The position numbers were made by a program, and so were the translations under genes. Positions 7,283 through 15,067 of a stretch of 36,321 nt of DNA are shown here, piece after piece. Source of the stretch: a virus (taxonomy: Duplodnaviria > Caudoviricetes); IMG/VR virus record IMGVR_UViG_3300006169_000028, positions 1 to 36,321 of that record; one strand, 5' to 3'. The notes beneath the pieces were generated by a model. It saw only the letters and a program-made list of their open reading frames with translations. It made no database searches and was not told where the DNA came from. How positions within the stretch are numbered: position 1 is the first letter of the stretch; every line of letters starts with the position of its first letter.

Positions 7283-9226
7283 TTATTTGTTTATGTTAAA
7301 GAACCCTTGTAATCGTTTAAGTTCTCGATCGCGCGGATCCATATACAGACAATCGCCGCGCCCCCGTAGTTTTTCCGCCCCGGCCTGATCGAGAATGACC
7401 CGGGAATCCGTGGTCGAGGCGGTTGCGAACGCAATCCGGGCCGGAAGGTTCGCTTTGATTAAGCCAGTAACAACGTCAACGCTCGGGCGTTGTGTAGCGA
7501 TAATCGCGTGAATACCGACCGCCCGGGCTTTCTGAACAATCCGCACAATAAGCGACTCGAACGATCCGACTTCGAGATCCATTCCGTAGTCGGTAAGCAT
7601 AAGATCGGCGAACTCGTCGATCACAAGAACGATCCGGTGAAGCGGTTTATTCTCGATATTGTATTCGTCGATATTGCGCGCTCCCACTTTTTCGAGTTTG
7701 TTATACCGCGCTTCCATTTCTAGCGTTAGCCAGTGAACCGCCTTCGTTGCCGGAAGTGTCTCGTATATCGGTTTTTCCAGTAAGAAGGCGCTGTCGCGGT
7801 ACTGTGAAAGCTCGACGCGCTTCGGATCGATCATTACGAATCGGAGCGATTCGGGCGTATTTTGCGAGATAAGAGACTCGATTGCGGTTGATAAAAAGAC
7901 CGATTTACCTTGACCGGTCGCCCCGGCGACGAGTAAGTGCGGCATATCCGCGAGCGATCGAACGACGGTTTTACCGTATACGTCCCGACCGATCGGAATA
8001 TTAAGCGACTCGGAAACGTAAAAGTCCTTTCGATCCGCGAAGATCGGTTTCGATTCTTCCTTTGTCGGAACCTCGAATCCGACCGTAGATGTACCCGGGA
8101 TCGGCGCTAGAACGCGAATAGAGTCGCTTTCGAGGGCGTAGGCTATATCGTTAGCGTGCTTCTCGAAATCGCTCATTTTGCGGCCTCGTGAGGGCTTCGC
8201 GGTGTATAGCGTGATATTTGGCCCCCGGTGTGTATCGCGCATTTCAACGGCTAGTCCGAACTCTTGAAGTTTGAGACGGATCTTTTCTTCGGCGGTTATA
8301 TGCTCGTTTTGCATTTGATCGACCGGAGATTGAACGAAGCGCTTTTCGGCGAACTGAACGTCGCGCGTCTTCTTTTCGGAAAGAATCACGTCGTCGGTTC
8401 CGAGTAGGTTTTGCGAGTAGATTATGAAGGAATCTTTCGCGCTCATTCGATCCGATAGGTTCGGAAGGTAGATTCGATCACGTCGGGCCATTTCGTAGGT
8501 ACAGTGATTATATAGATTCGCAAAGAAGGTAAAGTACGACGGATTATCGCCGAATACGATCTCGATCGGTCGCCATTGCGGAGAGCCGTCCCGGTTCTCG
8601 CTTGTCTTGATCTCGTCGAAGACGATCGAATGCGGTTCTTCGTTTAAGTGATTCTTGACGGCGTGATAGTAGAACATTCCTTGCAAGATCTGATTCGGCT
8701 CGTCGAGATCGTCGTCGGAAAACGAGGAAACGAACTTCGTATCTCGAATGACAATCCGTCCGTCTTCGTCTCGAATAACAAGATCCGGATACGCTTTAAT
8801 CGGGATCGCCGCCTTTGCAATCGAGCCGTCCGGATTCGGAAGTTCGATTTCGGTTAAGATCTTTTCTTCGGAAAGCTCGACGTGATCGAATCGCGGAACT
8901 TCTTCGAAGTAGAAGTTTAGTCCGGCGGTTAAAGTCTTCAATGCTTTTTCAAGCGACCCCGTTTTACCGAAGTCGATCGCGCCTTGCATATTTGTTAAAT
9001 GCTGAACGCCGACTTCAATCGCCCCCGGAATATCGTCTTGCGAATATTCGTAGAAGTGCGCGAGTGCTTTGTGTCCGGCTTGCCCGACGGCCCCGGCGAC
9101 GCTGAACGTATCTTCGTAAACCCCCTCGACGTATCTTTTCTTCCACCGGATCGGATCGGAGAGGAACGTCCGCATAGACGAATAGCTCCAATGATCGATA
9201 GGATAGGTTATATCTTGTTTAGTCAT
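7283..9226 (-). CDS. PD-(D/E)XK nuclease fused to an FtsK/SpoIIIE DNA translocase motor
   Basis: N-terminus HWSYSSM...GQAGHKAL...PDLV...DTK; C-terminus PHLLVAGATGQGKS, MIDPKRVEL, VIDEFADL, ATQRPS, GAEKLRGRGD. ATG 9226 preferred over GTG 9232. Confidence 0.92.
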   Translation of the reverse strand: MTKQDITYPIDHWSYSSMRTFLSDPIRWKKRYVEGVYEDTFSVAGAVGQAGHKALAHFYEYSQDDIPGAIEVGVQHLTNMQGAIDFGKTGSLEKALKTLTAGLNFYFEEVPRFDHVELSEEKILTEIELPNPDGSIAKAAIPIKAYPDLVIRDEDGRIVIRDTKFVSSFSDDDLDEPNQILQGMFYYHAVKNHLNEEPHSIVFDEIKTSENRDGSPQWRPIEIVFGDNPSYFTFFANLYNHCTYEMARRDRIYLPNLSDRMSAKDSFIIYSQNLLGTDDVILSEKKTRDVQFAEKRFVQSPVDQMQNEHITAEEKIRLKLQEFGLAVEMRDTHRGPNITLYTAKPSRGRKMSDFEKHANDIAYALESDSIRVLAPIPGTSTVGFEVPTKEESKPIFADRKDFYVSESLNIPIGRDVYGKTVVRSLADMPHLLVAGATGQGKSVFLSTAIESLISQNTPESLRFVMIDPKRVELSQYRDSAFLLEKPIYETLPATKAVHWLTLEMEARYNKLEKVGARNIDEYNIENKPLHRIVLVIDEFADLMLTDYGMDLEVGSFESLIVRIVQKARAVGIHAIIATQRPSVDVVTGLIKANLPARIAFATASTTDSRVILDQAGAEKLRGRGDCLYMDPRDRELKRLQGFFNINK

Positions 9227-9242
9227 TTCCACGTAACGTAAT

Positions 9243-9265
9243 ATCTTTTAATATGTTTTATTATG
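9243..9265. promoter_or_regulatory. Phased direct-repeat operator, copy 2, overlapping a CATAAT -10-like hexamer
   Basis: ATCTTTT-aat-ATGTTTT-att-ATG; TATGTTTTATTATG (9252-9265) is identical to 12952-12965. Confidence 0.6.
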
Positions 9266-9298
9266 CACGATTGAAGGAGATTTGTCGCGTGCTTTTTG

Positions 9299-9307
9299 TG
9301 TGTATAA
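9299..9307 (-). promoter_or_regulatory. DnaA-box consensus match
   Basis: TTATACACA fits TTWTNCACA; intergenic, upstream of the putative promoter. Confidence 0.4.
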
Positions 9308-10468
9308 CTAAAGCGTTACACCGTGATCGTTGAATAACTTTTGAATCGCCGCAACGATTTCGTTTGAAGTCTGCTCCCCGATTCCCGGAAGATCACTATA
9401 AATCCCGATCGCCGCGCCTTCGTTGTGCTTCATAGCCTCGCCAACGGTTGCGAGTCCGTATTCTCGCATAACTTTACACGCGCCCGGTTTGATACCCGGA
9501 ACGAGATCGATACTCATTTTTTTGATCTTCTCGATCATTTCTTCCTCGGAAGGATCCCGGAGAGCGTCGGAGAGCGATCCGTGTCCGTCGGCTTCTTCTT
9601 CACCTTCAAAAAGTGAGTCCGACTCCGGTTCAACGTTTGTCGCTTCGTCGTGAATGATCGTATCCGGCGTTACACCTCGAAGCTCGTTTTTCTTTTTTCC
9701 TAGTACGGCTTGAGATTGATCGTTTGAAATCTCGCCGGATTTAACTTCATATTCGACCGTTTCAAGATCGCCGCCGACAACGAGGCCGGAAAGTGCTTCG
9801 GGAACGATAAAGGCGGCAATATCGCCGATTGCTTTATAGCGAAGCATTCGTTCGGGCCATTTCTTCCACGCGCTCCGTTCGGTTATAAGACCTTTTTCCC
9901 GAGCCTGATCGATCGTAAACTTGCCCGTCATAGACGCGCCATTATCGCGGCGAGTAATCTTCACTTCGGCGGCCTTCTTGTCGTTCTGAATCCATTCAAT
10001 ATCGGCGTAACGAAGTATTCGTTGAATAACGATCGATCCATAAAGCGAGAGTTTACCGTTTACGAAATAGAACGAGTTCAACGATTGAATCGGAGTCAAC
10101 CCCATTTCATACCCGGCTTGAAGGGCCATAACCACCTTCGGCGTGTTATCCATAGTTGCCGGAAGTGCGTTCGATTTAGAGAAAGTTTCGGCGGCGATAT
10201 TGATCGCTTGCCACAGCTTCGGATTTAAGAAGTTAAGCGACCGAGCTTCGGCGTTTTGAATGTATTGATCGCTAGGCGCGGCCAGTTCTTGACCGAGTGC
10301 GGTTTTAGTTTGAGTCGCTTTTGCGACGGCGCTTGTAACAGTTGATTCGATCGTCCGAATAACTTCCGGCGATACTGTTCCGGCCGGATCTTCGGTTTTA
10401 GTTTGATCGGCTCCGGTGTCCGGATTGTCGACCTTCTTGTCTTCGGTTGTGTTGATGTTTTCGCTCAT
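9308..10468 (-). CDS. RecT/Red-beta-like single-strand annealing protein with C-terminal helix-hairpin-helix domain
   Basis: ALQAGYEMGLTPIQSLNSFYFVNGK...AWKKWPERMLRYKA...PEALSG matches the RecT-family pattern; C-terminal VPGIKP and LPGIGEQTS HhH motifs. Confidence 0.82.
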   Translation of the reverse strand: MSENINTTEDKKVDNPDTGADQTKTEDPAGTVSPEVIRTIESTVTSAVAKATQTKTALGQELAAPSDQYIQNAEARSLNFLNPKLWQAINIAAETFSKSNALPATMDNTPKVVMALQAGYEMGLTPIQSLNSFYFVNGKLSLYGSIVIQRILRYADIEWIQNDKKAAEVKITRRDNGASMTGKFTIDQAREKGLITERSAWKKWPERMLRYKAIGDIAAFIVPEALSGLVVGGDLETVEYEVKSGEISNDQSQAVLGKKKNELRGVTPDTIIHDEATNVEPESDSLFEGEEEADGHGSLSDALRDPSEEEMIEKIKKMSIDLVPGIKPGACKVMREYGLATVGEAMKHNEGAAIGIYSDLPGIGEQTSNEIVAAIQKLFNDHGVTL

Positions 10469-10493
10469 AGTCCACGTAATAGGTTAATGATTT

Positions 10494-10733
10494 TTAAAGT
10501 GCGTACGTCCCGGCTTCGAATCGTTGCCGCAATCGTAGGGCGTTAGCGCCCTTTATGAAAATCCGGGTTCCCTTGCCTTCACCGCTTATATTTGCGGCGA
10601 GTAAGTTCTCGGATTCCCGATCGCGATCGACGATCGAACGGTACGTTGTGTATGAACTCGCCCACGGCCACGCATTAAGTTCGAGTAGCGCGCGGAGCGA
10701 GTACATAGTGTTCGGTTCGATTTGCTTTTTCAT
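10494..10733 (-). CDS. Small putative DNA-binding protein (Xis/MerR-like architecture)
   Basis: 79 aa from ATG 10733; MYSLRALLE helix, SYTTYRSIV helix and GEGKGTRIFI hairpin; has its own promoter. Confidence 0.55.
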   Translation of the reverse strand: MKKQIEPNTMYSLRALLELNAWPWASSYTTYRSIVDRDRESENLLAANISGEGKGTRIFIKGANALRLRQRFEAGTYAL

Positions 10734-10743
10734 ACGCAATCCT

Positions 10744-10772
10744 AGTATACAATGTTTTATAATCTTTTGCTA
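10744..10772 (-). promoter_or_regulatory. Sigma-70-type promoter with operator copy 3 in its spacer
   Basis: TAGCAA-17 bp-TATACT; ATGTTTT-ata-ATCTTTT at 10752-10768. Confidence 0.65.
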
Positions 10773-10775
10773 TGT

Positions 10776-11474
10776 CTATATGTTGACAAGTACGGCGACC
10801 TTCACTTCGTTGACGGTTTTCATTATGTTTTCTGTCCAGTTCGGACAAGGGCCACCGCCGGCGGCTTCATTTACGCAATAGCTACCGTTCATTTGTGCGA
10901 TCGACTTTCCTTTGAAGTGCGGCTTGTTTAAGAGATAGGAAATATCTTCGAGCGCGTCATATGGACTCGCGTAATATTTGAACTCGCCCCCTCGCGCTGT
11001 TGACCGGATCGCGCCGCAGTTGTTACGGCTAGACCCGACTCCTCGCGTACAGAACGTCGTCTCGTGGCCCGCGATAGCGAGCACGTCGGCCCAACGATCC
11101 AGTTCGAGGATCTGTTCGGCATACGGTACAAGCGCGTCGTTTTTCTTCGCTAGGTAGCCCGAGAGGGCTTTAACTTTTTTTGTTTTTACGTTGAAAGATA
11201 CGGTTTGATTAAGTTCTTCGAGGTTTTGAGTCGCTTCGTCGAGCTGTTCTTTATAGTAACGACGCTCGACTTCTTCCCACGCTTCGGCTTGAAACTCCGG
11301 CGAGTTATAGATCTCGTTCATTCGTTCTTTCTTCGCGGCTTCTTGAAGTTCGATTTCTTCTTCGGCCGTTAGTTCTTTTTCGTTGTTAAAGATCGAGGGT
11401 AGATTATTTCGGTTTGCGTAACTGATCGCGGCTAGTCCGATAATAATCAAAGCAAAAATAAAAATGCGTTTCAT
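10776..11474 (-). CDS. Exported or membrane-anchored lysozyme-fold (glucosaminidase-like) protein
   Basis: Signal/TM MKRIFIFALIIIGLAAISYA, coiled-coil stalk, then LAIAGHETTF...NNCGAI...FKYYAS...YC...W resembling GH73-like domains; 4 Cys. Confidence 0.65.
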   Translation of the reverse strand: MKRIFIFALIIIGLAAISYANRNNLPSIFNNEKELTAEEEIELQEAAKKERMNEIYNSPEFQAEAWEEVERRYYKEQLDEATQNLEELNQTVSFNVKTKKVKALSGYLAKKNDALVPYAEQILELDRWADVLAIAGHETTFCTRGVGSSRNNCGAIRSTARGGEFKYYASPYDALEDISYLLNKPHFKGKSIAQMNGSYCVNEAAGGGPCPNWTENIMKTVNEVKVAVLVNI

Positions 11475-11504
11475 ACATTGCGTTATCGTGTAATACCGTA
11501 TCCG

Positions 11505-11798
11505 TTAGATTTCCCGGATATACGGCTTCGACCGATCGACGTCGCTTCGTTCGTGATAGCATTCAACGTCCGGTCGATTGCAAAGCTCGATCATTCGATC
11601 GATTGCTTCAAGCTCGCGTTCGGAACGATCTTCCATAATCGCCATTAAGATTACGGCGAGCGAGAAGATCATAACGATTACGAGTGCATTTATTATATAT
11701 TTCATAAGTTTGTTTTTGCGGCGGTTGACCGGTTTCCACGATCTCGGGTGATTTGCGCGTCCGCGAACGGTTTCCGTACCGATTCCGATATTTTTCAT
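11505..11798 (-). CDS. Small membrane protein (alternative start ATG 11705)
   Basis: TM segment YIINALVIVMIFSLAVILMAI; two Cys near the C-terminus. Confidence 0.7.
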   Translation of the reverse strand: MKNIGIGTETVRGRANHPRSWKPVNRRKNKLMKYIINALVIVMIFSLAVILMAIMEDRSERELEAIDRMIELCNRPDVECYHERSDVDRSKPYIREI

Positions 11799-11802
11799 AT
11801 AT

Positions 11803-12069
11803 CTAGTTCGGCCAACCTTGCGACCGACGGAGATCCTGATCTCTTTTCATATCTTCGTCTTGCTGAACCCGATAATCTTCCGGATTGAGTTCGCTCCAGT
11901 GCGGCCCCGGATTGCCGAACTCTATTGTAACGTCGTTATTCTCGTTCGTTTTGACTTGCCCGATCTCGTAGACTTCCGAATCGTTGAGATCGATATAAAC
12001 CTTCGAATCTCCGTTATTATTGCGAGAACGAATATCCTTTAGTTCGTGGATAAGTTCGTCGAGTGTCAT
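11803..12069 (-). CDS. Hypothetical early protein
   Basis: MTLDELIHELK...GDSKVYI, a common small phage-protein pattern. Confidence 0.8.
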   Translation of the reverse strand: MTLDELIHELKDIRSRNNNGDSKVYIDLNDSEVYEIGQVKTNENNDVTIEFGNPGPHWSELNPEDYRVQQDEDMKRDQDLRRSQGWPN

Positions 12070-12071
12070 AA

Positions 12072-12317
12072 CTAGGCTTTTATATTAAAGTTGATAATCG
12101 TTTCCAATCGGCCGGGACTGACGTACCGAGTCGGTTTGCGTTCGACTTTGATACGCTCGGTCGGAATCGTTGAATGTGTCGTAAGTAAGAATAAACGACA
12201 CGCTTCAAGAAATACCTCGTCTTCTTTCCCGGGACTATGCGCGAAGTGAAAAAAGTAAGACTTTACATATTCGCGGTTAGGATCGTATACAGTGTAATCT
12301 TGTCCGGTTAGTTCCAT
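12072..12317 (-). CDS. Hypothetical early protein
   Basis: 81-aa ORF, tightly packed. Confidence 0.75.
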   Translation of the reverse strand: MELTGQDYTVYDPNREYVKSYFFHFAHSPGKEDEVFLEACRLFLLTTHSTIPTERIKVERKPTRYVSPGRLETIINFNIKA

Positions 12318-12321
12318 ATGA

Positions 12322-12627
12322 TTATTTTTCTTTAGAGTCTTTTAATGATTGAACGATTCCGTCTTGATACCTTTGTTCTTCGCCTTCGCCATATTCCAAG
12401 TTGTGAAGATCGGTTTTGCCGCCTTCCGGTAGCGAATAGTATTCGGTATCGCTCGCGCCGTCCGCGAGATCTTCGTCGACTACCGATCGATCGAGGTTGT
12501 TTTCAATAAAGAACCGAACGGCACGATTGACGAGAAGGTTTGCATACCGCTCGCGAAGACCTTGCGGAATCTCCGGATAGTTAAGTTCGAGAGCGGCTTG
12601 CATTGTAGTTTTAGGATTTGTTTTCAC
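12322..12627 (-). CDS. Hypothetical early protein
   Basis: 101-aa ORF from GTG; ATG 12603 is an alternative start. Confidence 0.75.
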   Translation of the reverse strand: MKTNPKTTMQAALELNYPEIPQGLRERYANLLVNRAVRFFIENNLDRSVVDEDLADGASDTEYYSLPEGGKTDLHNLEYGEGEEQRYQDGIVQSLKDSKEK

Positions 12628-12660
12628 TTTAAAGCGTTTTAACCAATAAAAGCCGAACGG

Positions 12661-12894
12661 CTAGTCCATTCGGCAATAGGTATGGAACCGAAGTTTGAAA
12701 AGAGATTCAAGCTCGCGGATTATTGCGTACATTGTCATTTCTTCGAGACGTGCGCGGTTTTCTTCAATGTAGGCGGCAGCCTTCTTGAACGGGCGAGAAA
12801 GCTCGTTGTATCCGGCCGGCATATTGTAATGATCCGTTTGATCGGCTAGATAAATAGTTTTATCGTTTTCGCGGATTGAGATTGCTGTTTTCAT
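12661..12894 (-). CDS. Hypothetical protein, first gene of the early operon
   Basis: 77 aa, directly behind the best promoter; leader contains TAACCGAACCGAA. Confidence 0.8.
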   Translation of the reverse strand: MKTAISIRENDKTIYLADQTDHYNMPAGYNELSRPFKKAAAYIEENRARLEEMTMYAIIRELESLFKLRFHTYCRMD

Positions 12895-12944
12895 TTTCGG
12901 TTCGGTTATTTTTAATCGATAGCTTCGCTTTGCTATCTATCTTT

Positions 12945-12973
12945 ATATTAGTATGTTTTATTATGTTTTGCAA
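12945..12973 (-). promoter_or_regulatory. Main early promoter with operator copy 4
   Basis: TTGCAA-17 bp-TAATAT; ATGTTTT-att-ATGTTTT-gca-ATGTTAG overlaps the spacer and -35. Confidence 0.75.
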
Positions 12974-12981
12974 TGTTAGAA

Positions 12982-12990
12982 TGTGGATAA
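12982..12990 (-). promoter_or_regulatory. Perfect DnaA box
   Basis: TTATCCACA, 8 bp upstream of the -35 of the early promoter. Confidence 0.55.
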
Positions 12991-13014
12991 CGAAAATACG
13001 GCCATAAATAACAC

Positions 13015-13138
13015 AAAAGCCGCCTTCGTGAACAGAAGCCGGCGCGCGTGTGGATACTATGAGCGAAGCAAAGTAACCGAACCGAAGAAGGGCGCGCCGG
13101 ATCCTGCTCGCGAGAGCGGCTAGGATCGCGTATACGGC
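13015..13138 (-). ncRNA. Candidate cloverleaf antisense RNA in the 3' UTR of the lysis operon
   Basis: Four-way junction GCCGT/GCGGC, GATCCT/AGGATC, CCGGCGCGC/GCGCGCCGG with a 44-nt loop, CTTC/GAAG with a 7-nt loop, then TTTT; loop complementary to many gene starts. Confidence 0.65.
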
Positions 13139-13141
13139 GTT

Positions 13142-13522
13142 TTATTGAACGAGTGTACTATCGGGACTATTCGAGGGCGAAACGGCCGCTACGGGCGCAA
13201 TAACGACGTCCGCCGGGTTCTTTACGCGGTTATAGAAGTCGTGGATAAAGTTCGATCCGCGTCCGACGAGTGATCCGGTAATAATCGGGCCTACTAGCGG
13301 AATCGCGGTCGTAAGTCCGAGGATCGCGAGAAGATCGGCGTCGTAGGCGATCGCGAGAGCGATTCCGACGAGCATTGATACATATTTAACGCTTTCCATT
13401 GTCGAACCGTCCGGGCGCTTGAAAAATGGCGCTACGTAATACTCGACAAGAGCTTCCGCGACGGTTGCAAGAAGTAGGATTCCTCCGAACGTTGCGACTA
13501 GGCTTGAAAGTGTCGTTTCCAT
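13142..13522 (-). CDS. Putative holin
   Basis: Three hydrophobic segments and GSLVGRGSNFIHD; follows the endolysin. Confidence 0.75.
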   Translation of the reverse strand: METTLSSLVATFGGILLLATVAEALVEYYVAPFFKRPDGSTMESVKYVSMLVGIALAIAYDADLLAILGLTTAIPLVGPIITGSLVGRGSNFIHDFYNRVKNPADVVIAPVAAVSPSNSPDSTLVQ

Positions 13523-13526
13523 AGTT

Positions 13527-14960
13527 TTATTTGTTTATTTTAATAACCTTGTAAAGACGTTCCCCGGCGTGATTCGTGATATAGAAGTCGACCGGTTCCG
13601 GAGTCGGTTCGGGCGTAGGTTCCGGAGTAGGCTCCGGCTCCGGTTCGATTTCCGGTTGCTTATATTCTACACCGTAGATCTCGCATACTCCCCGGGCAAT
13701 ACCTTCGGCCGCTTTCTGATAGCCACCGGGCGCCGTGAGCTTCGACATATCTTCGGGATTCGTAATAAAGCAGACTTCGACAAGCGACGCCCACATTGTC
13801 GTTTTACGGATCCACCCGAGCGAGCCGACGGCGGTTTGCGTATCCGGTTTAGCTCCGCGATCCGGAATCCCAAGCGCGGCGGCGATATGTTTTGATAGCG
13901 CGGCGGCGACTTGCTTTGAAGTTTCGCTTGTTCCGTAATACGCCTCCGCACCCCGGGCCGCCGGGTTAGAGTTTGCGTTTAAGTGAATATCGATCGCGAG
14001 TGCGTCGTTTAGATTCGGCGCGCGGCGGTTTGCTTCGGCGATCGACTGTGAAAGATCCAAGTTATCGGCGATTTCTATCACGTCGAAACCGTTTGCGGAA
14101 AGAAGCGGCGTAAGCTCGTCTCGAATCTTCCGAACTTCTTCGCCTTCGGTATGACCACCGCCGCCGGCCCCGGGATCTAGGTTGTGATGTCCGGCGTTTA
14201 CGATAATCGTCTTTTTAACGTTTGGAAGCACAATCCCGGTATTTGACGGAAGATCGGTTTCCCCTTCTTTCACTTCCGGAGTCGGAATATTCGTATTCGT
14301 TCCGGGCGCTTGTGCATAGTTGAAGTTAAGACGATCCGCTACCGGCCGCGCAAGCCGAAACAGTTCGTCGAGTCCGTCTTTGTGGAAGTAGTGTACGTCG
14401 TGAGTTTTATCCCAACCTCCAATCGATACGTTCGAGGGTTTTAAATGAATCGCGAGGTGATCCCAAAAAGTATGTCCGGGAAAAACTTCGTGCGCGAGAC
14501 GACCAAAAAACGAATCGACTTTTTTGTTTTTTGAGTACGCATAATCACCGTCAAAGTCTCCGGTAAATCCGGCCTCCATAACTCCGAGGAATGTATCGAT
14601 CGATTGACCGGCGAGATCCTGTTCAAAGCGGTTGTAATCCTTCCACCATTGATCGTGATCCCAATAAACGACGACGAGCTTCTTCCCGGCTAGATACGCC
14701 GGAACCGTGTATCGGAGCCGAAAGGCGGCTTTATTGAAATAGTGGTAAATAAGATCCTTTCCGCTTTTTTCGGACTTCTTGATCGTTTCCTTCGGATCGA
14801 ATGGCGGCGATAAAAGCGGATTCGCTTTTACATACTCCCAATCGATTTGAAAGTTTAGTTTTTCCTGTAAAAGCGCATTGTATTTTTTAAGCTGATCGAG
14901 AATAAACTCTTTTGAGTGCGACGAGTTATCGACGAATCGGCCGGGAATGACTCTAGCCAT
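13527..14960 (-). CDS. Endolysin: N-acetylmuramoyl-L-alanine amidase (Amidase_3) with an extra N-terminal domain
   Basis: IIVNAGHH...DPGA...E, IDIHLNA, GAEAY, LVEVCFITN motifs; N-terminal AHEVFPGH; PE/PT linker near the C-terminus. Confidence 0.9.
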   Translation of the reverse strand: MARVIPGRFVDNSSHSKEFILDQLKKYNALLQEKLNFQIDWEYVKANPLLSPPFDPKETIKKSEKSGKDLIYHYFNKAAFRLRYTVPAYLAGKKLVVVYWDHDQWWKDYNRFEQDLAGQSIDTFLGVMEAGFTGDFDGDYAYSKNKKVDSFFGRLAHEVFPGHTFWDHLAIHLKPSNVSIGGWDKTHDVHYFHKDGLDELFRLARPVADRLNFNYAQAPGTNTNIPTPEVKEGETDLPSNTGIVLPNVKKTIIVNAGHHNLDPGAGGGGHTEGEEVRKIRDELTPLLSANGFDVIEIADNLDLSQSIAEANRRAPNLNDALAIDIHLNANSNPAARGAEAYYGTSETSKQVAAALSKHIAAALGIPDRGAKPDTQTAVGSLGWIRKTTMWASLVEVCFITNPEDMSKLTAPGGYQKAAEGIARGVCEIYGVEYKQPEIEPEPEPTPEPTPEPTPEPVDFYITNHAGERLYKVIKINK

Positions 14961-14992
14961 AAGATACGGTTCGGTTATCTTTTAATGTTTTT

Positions 14993-15001
14993 ATTGTAAC
15001 A
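14993..15001 (-). promoter_or_regulatory. Extended -10 promoter for endolysin-holin
   Basis: TGtTACAAT overlapping the U-tract of the upstream terminator. Confidence 0.6.
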
Positions 15002-15022
15002 AAAACCGGCGCGAAAGCGCCG
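15001..15022 (-). terminator. Intrinsic terminator at the end of the tail operon
   Basis: CGGCGC-TTTC-GCGCCG-GTTTTT. Confidence 0.65.
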
Positions 15023-15067
15023 AAGTATCAATGTCTAGTTAAAAGGATAGTTATTAGTATAGTTCGG

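Noticed and set aside
8390-9226. Cas4 or CRISPR adaptation role for the nuclease domain
   Set aside because: The four-Cys Fe-S cluster motif is absent and there is no array; RecT adjacency favours recombination.
13059-13076. Plus-strand micro-ORF MSEAK
   Set aside because: Five codons with no plus-strand promoter seen; better explained as the mirror of the antisense loop.
13015-13138. tRNA gene
   Set aside because: Cloverleaf-like, but no 7-bp acceptor stem, no TTCRA T-loop, no D-loop GG, and a 44-nt central loop.
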